NCBI RefSeq assembly: GCF_000092465.1
Contig: NC_014205.1
Span: 1,050,001-1,082,000, forward strand
Length of the DNA stretch: 32,000 nt
Source: Staphylothermus hellenicus DSM 12710
GTDB lineage: Archaea; Thermoproteota; Thermoprotei_A; Sulfolobales; Desulfurococcaceae
Direction of reading: 5' to 3'
Shown: in pieces, positions 8,204 to 15,181 of the stretch
Position numbering within the stretch: the stretch's first letter is position 1
How the letters are laid out: each line of letters opens with the position of its first letter
Notes under the pieces: model-generated
The model's database searches: none
What the model saw: only the letters and a program-made list of their open reading frames with translations
What the model was told of the DNA's origin: nothing
Program-made: the position numbers and the translations under genes

Positions 8204-9052
8204 CGGTGGTGGTTTAAGGGCGGTGGGCTGCGATGAGGCATTTCTTATTTCTAACCATTTAGTTGTTTCCCTTAAAGCATGGTGCATTGATTCTATTTCG
8301 TCATTGGTTATCATGTATTCTTTCGTGAAAACGCTTAGAAAATAATCGCCTGCTCCTGTTCGGTCTTGAACTGGTTTTTGCCTAGATCCAATGATCATGT
8401 ATTTATCTCTGAAAATTAGAATAGGTGGGTTTTCACTATTTGTTATTATAAATAATGTATTCTTACTTATTTTGCTAAGTTTTTCTGCTATATGATTTAC
8501 ATCTTTCGCCTGTGTTATATGAATAGCTTCATCTAAACCCATATGAACAATATTTGATAAATTCATTGCATCTAAGGAATCACTTGTTCTCTTAGTTACG
8601 ATTATATTTTGTTTGTTAACTATACGTGAAAATCCTTGAATATCGGTTGCAACTATTTTTGAAACCATCCTTATTTGTCTGAGTAACGATGTTGAGATTT
8701 CTCCAAGAACAGGGTTTACTATAGAGACATCTGCCTTCTCATTTTTAATATACATATTAATTTGTGGAGCCCGATCAACTACTATGATTGTTCTCTTAGG
8801 CCCTTCATAAATTAGTTTAAATATATTTGTATTTGTAGAGAACTGTTCCTGTGCAATATATCTTAATAGTTTGTTACTATAATATATGATTGGAGATATA
8901 ACTGTGTATATTTTTACATTGTATTTACTATCGGTAATAAAAGGTATGGATGAATAGTATACTCCTCCACCCAGTCTTTTATCAAGTAATTTTCTCTGAA
9001 CCACTATTATATCATATGTGAAGTTACCGTATAATCTAATATTATACTTCAT
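8192..9052 (-). CDS. PfkB/ribokinase-family carbohydrate or nucleoside kinase
   Basis: 286 aa. The C-terminal signature DRTGAGDYFLSVF matches DTxGAGDxF of the pfkB family, and an N-terminal GGG motif (RLGGGVYYS) is present. The last ~13 codons run into the GC-rich palindrome. Confidence 0.75.
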   Translation of the reverse strand: MKYNIRLYGNFTYDIIVVQRKLLDKRLGGGVYYSSIPFITDSKYNVKIYTVISPIIYYSNKLLRYIAQEQFSTNTNIFKLIYEGPKRTIIVVDRAPQINMYIKNEKADVSIVNPVLGEISTSLLRQIRMVSKIVATDIQGFSRIVNKQNIIVTKRTSDSLDAMNLSNIVHMGLDEAIHITQAKDVNHIAEKLSKISKNTLFIITNSENPPILIFRDKYMIIGSRQKPVQDRTGAGDYFLSVFTKEYMITNDEIESMHHALRETTKWLEIRNASSQPTALKPPPPNP

Positions 9053-9354
9053 TTTATCAACTTCTTATACTTCTTCTCTGAAGAAGCTAAGTATTTCTTG
9101 TTTAATCCTCTAGCATGATACTCTCTTATATGAATAATTAGATCATATGGTGAGAAAAAGAAACTATTCTCTACAGGATAGTTCCTAGGACGTCTTTTTT
9201 CTAGATCTAAACAAGTAGATGCTGCATGAATACATATAGGACAAGCAATCATTCCAGTAATTTTATCTCTACACGTGTAAAGAATTATACCGTCTACTTC
9301 AACCCTATACTTCTCCCATTTAGGCTCCCAAGTATAAGCCATAACGAACACCAC
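9049..9354 (-). CDS. Small Cys/His-rich protein, putative zinc-binding
   Basis: 101 aa. It carries C28, CPIC (38-41) and C48, then HIREYH. Its stop overlaps the kinase start by 4 nt, which suggests translational coupling. Confidence 0.55.
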   Translation of the reverse strand: MVFVMAYTWEPKWEKYRVEVDGIILYTCRDKITGMIACPICIHAASTCLDLEKRRPRNYPVENSFFFSPYDLIIHIREYHARGLNKKYLASSEKKYKKLIK

Positions 9355-9468
9355 ATAAAAATCCGTCTCAACAATATTTTATATTTTTAATAAAAATAAT
9401 ATCAAAAACATATTATTAAACAGTTCAAGATAATTAAAAAATAATTAATCCATAGAAGTCAGGGTTAA

Positions 9469-9544
9469 ATGAATGGGTCGCCTCCGGCCTGGCCGCATCA
9501 TCGGCAAGTACGGCCTCTAACTTATGGGGGCAGGAGCCGTTCAT
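9469..9544 (+). ncRNA. Candidate small structured RNA (~76 nt) of unknown class
   Basis: GC-rich island. The closing stem is AUGAAUGG (9469-9476) / CCGUUCAU (9537-9544), 8 bp including a plus-strand-specific U:G pair. Inner stems are GGCC/GGCC and GCCG-CAUCAU-CGGC. An AT-rich TATA-like box lies at ~9431-9447 upstream, and a T-rich tract (ttgtttta) lies just downstream. Confidence 0.4.
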
Positions 9545-9647
9545 CCCCTTATAATAATTGTTTTATATTCCACTGATAAGTATTATCCTATTAGGCAAAG
9601 AAACTGCCTAGCGAAACTGTTAAATATTTTTGTCAAACGATCTAATT

Positions 9648-10012
9648 GGCAGGTGAATACAAAAGACCTGCTCGGATGCGGGTGTGTGAATAAAGACCTA
9701 AGGGGTAGGTGTTGAACTGTGAGAATCTCAAGATGAAGGGTTTTCCTCCCCCTCCAAACACCTTCTACGGGGTGGTGAAGTCAGTGATCCACTCTGGGAA
9801 GGTGTGGATGAGGAGGGGGAGTGGGGTTACCCGGATCGGGGGCGAGACCTATGAAATGCTCCCCAATGAAAGGGGAGACGAGGTTGGTGTGCCCCAAAGC
9901 CTACATAGGCCAATCAAAGCCTATGTAGGCTAAACCCCAGTGCCTGAATATATGATGAGCTTTCAGCGAACTGATCAGCCGGTTGATCCTTCTTCATCCT
10001 TTCCGGTCAGAA
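9648..10012 (+). ncRNA. rnpB: Probable RNase P RNA
   Basis: GC-rich island. Segment 9769-9808 (GGGGUGGUGAAGUCAGUGAUCCACUCUGGGAAGGUGUGG) resembles the conserved P4 5'-strand region GGGGAGGAAAGUCCGGGCUCCAUAGGGCAGGGUGCCAGG of bacterial M1 RNA. Segment 9969-9988 (AACUGAUCAGCCGGUUGAUC) resembles the 3' conserved ACAGAACCCGGCUUAUC. GGCUAAACCCCAGUGCC resembles GGUAAACUCCACC. A TATA-like ttaaatatttt sits at 9620-9630 and an oligo-T run at 10015-10020. The ends are approximate. Confidence 0.55.
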
Positions 10013-10022
10013 CTATTTTTCA

Positions 10023-10220
10023 TCACAGAACCCCGTGATGTGCTGTATCAACTAGTATTTTATATATCATTGTCGCCTTTTTTATTATCATGTTTATCTG
10101 GTAATCATGTTTATCCTTATAGACGAGCTTGAGAAATTCTTTACTATAATTTGTTAGTTCTTCTAGTTCCTTAACAATAGATTCTAAGTGCTTAACTCTA
10201 TCATGTTCCATTATGATCAA
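10023..10220 (-). CDS. Small hypothetical protein, last gene of the tldD-pmbA-MBL operon
   Basis: 65 aa ORF, 28 nt downstream of the MBL gene on the same strand. It looks helical and charged, and I recognise no family. Confidence 0.4.
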   Translation of the reverse strand: MIIMEHDRVKHLESIVKELEELTNYSKEFLKLVYKDKHDYQINMIIKKATMIYKILVDTAHHGVL

Positions 10221-10248
10221 TCCTTGATTATTCTATTCTTTCCAATAA

Positions 10249-10890
10249 CTATATTCTAGGTATAATCACGTTTTTCTCGTATTCTCCTAGTTTGAATGAT
10301 CTACTATTTAATCGGACTACATGGTATTTCTTAACGTATACGAGGAAATCATCAATGGGGAATAATGGTAGATTTAATCCTTTTATCCAGTAATGTATTG
10401 GTAAGACATTGTTGGGTTGAACTTCTGTAATTATATCCCATGCTTCATCAGGACCTATAGTATATGTGCCTCCTACCGGTATAATTAATAAGTCTAAGTT
10501 TCTAAGTTCACCGACTAACTCGCTGGATAGTTTATGTCCTAGATCTCCTAAGTGCGCTATCCTATATCCTTCAACTTCTACGATATAGATTGTATTGATG
10601 CCTCTTCTTCTGCCCTGGAACTTGTCATGATAGGTTTTTATCCCCTTTATCTTGATGTCATCTATATATGCTTCTCCATGAAATTCTTTGAATACTCTGC
10701 TATCTTCTTTCCTAACTATATCTACTGCGTTATGATCAAAATGATCATGAGTAACTAGTATTAGATCCCCTTTCACATTAGGTCTAGGTAAACCTATACT
10801 TACTCCATCATGTGGATCAAAAACTATTGTGTAACCATTGCTTCTCCTGAGGGAAACACATGCGTGTCCATGCCACTCGACTATAACCAT
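10249..10890 (-). CDS. Metallo-beta-lactamase-fold hydrolase (UPF0173-like)
   Basis: 213 aa. EWHGHACVSL at the N-terminus and LVTHDHFDHN (the HxHxDH motif) are typical of the small archaeal/bacterial UPF0173 MBL family. Confidence 0.85.
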   Translation of the reverse strand: MVIVEWHGHACVSLRRSNGYTIVFDPHDGVSIGLPRPNVKGDLILVTHDHFDHNAVDIVRKEDSRVFKEFHGEAYIDDIKIKGIKTYHDKFQGRRRGINTIYIVEVEGYRIAHLGDLGHKLSSELVGELRNLDLLIIPVGGTYTIGPDEAWDIITEVQPNNVLPIHYWIKGLNLPLFPIDDFLVYVKKYHVVRLNSRSFKLGEYEKNVIIPRI

Positions 10891-10897
10891 ATATAAT

Positions 10898-12250
10898 TCA
10901 CCTAGGTATGACTCTTATTTTTGAAAACCTTATTGGCGGTGTCCATACATGTATCCATTTCTCTGTTCTCTTACCAATCATATCTATCCTAAATAGTTCA
11001 TCATATATGTTCCCAGCAAGCATAACGTTTCTAACAGGTTTTAACACTCCATTATCAACAAGCCATGCAGGAGTAGCTACTACACTATACTCGCCTGTTT
11101 CCGGATTACTGCTATGAGCTCCTTGTAGACCTTTAACTAGTAATCCCTTCCTAGTTTCTTTGATTATTTCGTCAAAGCTTGCATCACCTTGCTTTACATA
11201 GATGTTTGTTGGATATATTCTTGGTATAGAATTATAGGATTGACGCATAGCGTTTCCAGTGCTTTCTCCACCATATCTTCTTGCCCAGTAATGATTGAAT
11301 AAGAATTGTTTCAGTATACCGTTTTCTATCAGTATTTTCTTCTTCATACTTACTCCTTCATGATCGAATAATGCTGTGAAGAGCCCTTGATTCAGTGTTC
11401 CATCATCAATTAATGTAAGGATCTCTGAGGCTATTTTTTCATTTTCTCTTCCCCTATAAGGACTCCTACCACGAACTACATTATCTCCTTTTAGAGCTTC
11501 GAATAATGTATAGTTGAATAGGCTCTCAATGGCTGAAGCATTCATTATAACAGGATAGTTTCCTGGCTCGATCTTGACTGGTTTTAAACATGATAGTGTT
11601 TCTTCAACTGCTCTCTTAGCTAAGTATTCGATACTTGGTATTGATGTTCTAGAGTGATCACCCGTTGTGACGATTGGTGTAGTATTACCAGCCTCAGAGG
11701 CTAGTGTTTCAAGGAATACTATGCTAGCTGTTAAATGCTGTATATTGGATAAACCATTAGTGTTCAGTATAGCAATGCTTGTCCTATTAACACTAATGCC
11801 TCCATAAACCATAGTTATTCTTTTATCTACTAATGTGTTCTCTAATAGTTGCTTTGTTTTCTCAATAATTGTGTCTTCATCTATTTCAGCTAGCTGCGGA
11901 GAGAATATGTTTTTAACTGTGCGGTATTCTTGTGGTGGAGGAAATCCTGGCCAGTCCTTGTCCTCATTTGAAGCCTTAGCTATTGCTACGGCTTTTTCGG
12001 CAAGTTTTCCTAGTTCTTGGGGGATAAGTTTGTTTGTTGATGCGAAGCCAAGTTTTTTACCAAGTGAGACACGCAGACTTATTCCTCCGTTCCTGCTTGT
12101 TGTTGTTTCTGTTATTTTATTGTTTTGTATTGTGGATTCTATTTCCTTTGTTTTAACAATATAGACTTCTGCTTCATCCGCTCCATACCTAATTGCTTCG
12201 CGAAGAGCTAGAATTCCCAAATCATATATGTTTATTTCTGAGCTAACCAT
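10898..12250 (-). CDS. pmbA: PmbA/TldE-family protein (partner of the TldD metalloprotease)
   Basis: 450 aa. It has TldD/PmbA family architecture but no HExxxH motif. Its start abuts and overlaps the tldD stop at 12250. Confidence 0.85.
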   Translation of the reverse strand: MVSSEINIYDLGILALREAIRYGADEAEVYIVKTKEIESTIQNNKITETTTSRNGGISLRVSLGKKLGFASTNKLIPQELGKLAEKAVAIAKASNEDKDWPGFPPPQEYRTVKNIFSPQLAEIDEDTIIEKTKQLLENTLVDKRITMVYGGISVNRTSIAILNTNGLSNIQHLTASIVFLETLASEAGNTTPIVTTGDHSRTSIPSIEYLAKRAVEETLSCLKPVKIEPGNYPVIMNASAIESLFNYTLFEALKGDNVVRGRSPYRGRENEKIASEILTLIDDGTLNQGLFTALFDHEGVSMKKKILIENGILKQFLFNHYWARRYGGESTGNAMRQSYNSIPRIYPTNIYVKQGDASFDEIIKETRKGLLVKGLQGAHSSNPETGEYSVVATPAWLVDNGVLKPVRNVMLAGNIYDELFRIDMIGKRTEKWIHVWTPPIRFSKIRVIPR

Positions 12251-13632
12251 TACTTAGCACCTCCAATTAAGATTTTATCAACTCTAATATGAGGCCCACC
12301 ATCTGAGACAAAAGCTGTTTGTCCCTTACCGCACCTACCATAAAAGTATTGAAAATCTTTACCTACCCCGCTCACATATTTTAGTGTATCAATAGTGTTC
12401 CCGCTTATGCTCATATTCCTAACAGGTCTTCCTATTTCTCCATTAACAATTTCATATGCTTCCTGAATCCCTACCTGAAATGTTCCATCTAAATTGGCTT
12501 GTCCGCCACGAAAACTTACGAGGTAATAACCATACTTAATATCTTCAAGTAGCTCTTCTAAAGACATATCTCGAGGCGCAATATATGTTGTTCTCATCCT
12601 AATCAGGGGAGGAACATTGTAGTCCTCGGCTCTAGCGTTACCGGTTGGTTTCATATTCAACATAGCAGAAAATTTCCGATCAACCATTAATTCTTTAAGC
12701 ACTCCATTTTCAACTATCTTAACAGGTCTTGTTTCAACACCTTCATCATCATATTTGAATGTGCCATAGGCATCTGGTATTGTTGGATCATCGACTATTG
12801 TAACTAGTTCGCTGACAATCTTTTTGCCTAACTTATCAGCCAATATACTGCCAGAAACTGTGAGGTCGGCTTCTGCTAAATGACCGAATGCTTCATGAGC
12901 GAAAACACCAACGACTTCGGGAGCTAGTATTGCCGGGTATAATCCTCCTTTTGGAGTAATAGCTTTTAATTGGTTAAGAACTCTTTTAACCAGTGTATCG
13001 GCTATTTCTTCCTGAGGATATTTATTGAAAATAACGTATCCCCTACGTGTGCCCAGCTCTGTTCTCGCAGAAGCGGCAACATCATTTTCTCTGCCTGTAA
13101 CCCATGAATAAAGCCATGTATAATTATAGTGTTGCTCAATAAAGCGATCCTCGCTTGACACATATATTGTTCTACCAGTAATGTCCTTGTATCTTGTAGT
13201 AATGGTTTTAATAGCTTCGCTTCTCGAAAATACTTCTCTGCTAAGCTTTAATAAATCATTTATTTTTTGTCCCGGAGAAATACTCCTAGGATCCTCTTCT
13301 AGTTTAGAATGAACAATATCATGTCTTCCAGGAAGCATTGTTAATTTAACATTTGTTTTACCCGATAAAAGCCTTGCAATTTTCAGTGCTGACTCAAGTG
13401 TTTTAAGCATGTTATCCCATGATAAATTATTTGTTGATGCAAAGCCTAATCCACCATTATATAATACACGAATACCTGCACCTGTAACAATTGTGCTAGA
13501 GGCTTCATCAACTATATAATCACGAATTGTGATCGAGTTTTCAATGTGATCTTCAATTCTTATATCGATAAAATCAGCGCCTTTCTCTAACCCAATATTT
13601 ATCAGTTTAGATAATTCATCCTCGGTTAACAT
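12250..13632 (-). CDS. tldD: TldD-family metalloprotease
   Basis: 460 aa. It carries the metal-binding motif AHEAFGHLAEAD (HExxxH), and the glycine-rich C-terminus is typical of TldD. Confidence 0.9.
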   Translation of the reverse strand: MLTEDELSKLINIGLEKGADFIDIRIEDHIENSITIRDYIVDEASSTIVTGAGIRVLYNGGLGFASTNNLSWDNMLKTLESALKIARLLSGKTNVKLTMLPGRHDIVHSKLEEDPRSISPGQKINDLLKLSREVFSRSEAIKTITTRYKDITGRTIYVSSEDRFIEQHYNYTWLYSWVTGRENDVAASARTELGTRRGYVIFNKYPQEEIADTLVKRVLNQLKAITPKGGLYPAILAPEVVGVFAHEAFGHLAEADLTVSGSILADKLGKKIVSELVTIVDDPTIPDAYGTFKYDDEGVETRPVKIVENGVLKELMVDRKFSAMLNMKPTGNARAEDYNVPPLIRMRTTYIAPRDMSLEELLEDIKYGYYLVSFRGGQANLDGTFQVGIQEAYEIVNGEIGRPVRNMSISGNTIDTLKYVSGVGKDFQYFYGRCGKGQTAFVSDGGPHIRVDKILIGGAK

Positions 13633-13741
13633 GTGATCACCTATAAATCAAATTATTTTTTAATCCAGATAATATGTTATCTTGGAAATAGATTATTAAT
13701 GCTATACTTATACCGAGAAATAAGCAACTAGGCGGTTTGAA

Positions 13742-15154
13742 ATGATTTTGTTTATAATGGGGCTAATTGGCTTATTGCTAATATCTATTCCTTCAACAGT
13801 TTTACTTCTTATATATGTTGTATTTTATCTTTATGGAACAAGATATAGGCTGCCTAGAATACAGGATACCATGTATAATGGTATAGTATCAATTATTATT
13901 CCTGTAAGGAATGAACCAATCGAGTTAATGCAAGAAGCCCTCAATGATATATATAGTTGGAATATAAGGGACAATATAGAAGTTATCATTATCTCCGATG
14001 ATCCCCCTGAAAGACTAGCTGATATAGAAAAACTTGTATATTCTTGGAGGCAACGTGGATTAAATGTCCATCTTATATGGCGATCTGAGCCGAAAGGATA
14101 TAAGGCTGGAGCATTAAATACTGCATTGCTTGCTTCCCGCGGCAAATACTTATACGTTGTAGACGTGGATAGTAGAGTATCCCCTAGCTTCATAGTTAAA
14201 GCCGCCAATATAATGATGAAAAATAAAAATGTTGCAGCTGTTGTTGCAAGATGGACTGGTAAAAATAGAGATACCAGGGTAGCTGAAGCAGTATTTGCTT
14301 CAATGAAGTTTATTGTTGATGCTCTCTATAAGGGTAGAAGCGCTCTAAATCTACCAGTATTCCCTGTTGGAACAGGAACATTGTTTAATGCAGAATTTAT
14401 ACGTAGAGAGCTGGGTGGATGGGATGAGGAGAGAATTCAAGATGACATGGAGATTGGCTGCAGAATAATGGCTAGAGGCAAGGAAATACTGTTTTTAGAC
14501 GATGAAAAAGTCTATGTTGAGGTTCCGAGGAGATTTAAGAGCTTAAGAGTTCAACAGGAGAGATGGGCTTATGGCTCAGCTGATACAGCTATTGCTAGGT
14601 TTAAAGATATATTAAAGGCTCCTCTTCCATGGTATGCTAAGCTTGAAGCTTTTAATTTCCTACTACAATACCTGCCAGCTTTCCTTATATTTCTAGGATT
14701 CCTCATAGTTGCACCGATAAGTTATTTTCTAAACTATGATTTTTTCAAGGAGCTATGGATACTAGGTGTTCCATGGCTTGTATCAGCTGTTCTCTACATT
14801 AGATACTATGCTAGAAGCCTGGGGGAGTGCGGATATAGCGTTTGGAGATCAATAGTTAACCTGGGAAGATCATCGGCTATAACGGCTCTACTAACTCCCA
14901 CGATAAGCTATGCTTTAATAAAGGCTTTTCTAAGAATTAAAATGAGTTTTAAGAGAACCCCCAAGGGCATACATGAGCATATAACTAATAGTTATCGTGT
15001 ACCAGTAGAAATCATTATAGGCGTATTAATTCTATTAACAGGGATAATACTAGTAATATATGGAATAGTTTATACTGGTCTTTGGTGTTTATTCTATAGT
15101 GCTGGGTACCTCTACGGAATTTACAGGTGGGGTAAAGATCTCCTATTTAAGTGA
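13742..15154 (+). CDS. Integral-membrane family 2 glycosyltransferase, processive beta-glycan-synthase type
   Basis: 470 aa. N-terminal TM helices are followed by a GT2 core: IIIPVRNEP, ISDDPP, VVDVDS, QDDMEIG and QQERWAYGS (the Q-x-x-R-W motif). Four to five C-terminal TM helices follow. Confidence 0.85.
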   Translation: MILFIMGLIGLLLISIPSTVLLLIYVVFYLYGTRYRLPRIQDTMYNGIVSIIIPVRNEPIELMQEALNDIYSWNIRDNIEVIIISDDPPERLADIEKLVYSWRQRGLNVHLIWRSEPKGYKAGALNTALLASRGKYLYVVDVDSRVSPSFIVKAANIMMKNKNVAAVVARWTGKNRDTRVAEAVFASMKFIVDALYKGRSALNLPVFPVGTGTLFNAEFIRRELGGWDEERIQDDMEIGCRIMARGKEILFLDDEKVYVEVPRRFKSLRVQQERWAYGSADTAIARFKDILKAPLPWYAKLEAFNFLLQYLPAFLIFLGFLIVAPISYFLNYDFFKELWILGVPWLVSAVLYIRYYARSLGECGYSVWRSIVNLGRSSAITALLTPTISYALIKAFLRIKMSFKRTPKGIHEHITNSYRVPVEIIIGVLILLTGIILVIYGIVYTGLWCLFYSAGYLYGIYRWGKDLLFK

Positions 15155-15181
15155 GTTATTTATATCAATGGTGAAAATGTA

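Noticed and set aside
7971-8226. Interpretation of the nested inverted repeats as a MITE
   Set aside because: Only one copy is visible in 32 kb and I see no flanking target-site duplication. This cannot be decided without a genome-wide search, so it is reported as an open observation and not called a mobile element.
9524-9933. Two ORFs (63 aa and 74 aa) between the zinc-ribbon gene and the 65-aa gene
   Set aside because: They overlie the GC-rich small-RNA candidate and the probable RNase P RNA. Their Gly/Arg/Pro-rich translations are typical of reading through GC-rich RNA genes in an AT-rich genome.
13831-14208. 125-aa minus-strand ORF inside the GT2 gene, plus similar antisense ORFs at 11835-12164, 15451-16156, 18059-18325, 19419-19727, 24301-25434, 27071-27948 and 29008-29772
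   Set aside because: All lie fully within, and antisense to, longer genes with clear family motifs. Their translations are low-complexity and lack start-site context.
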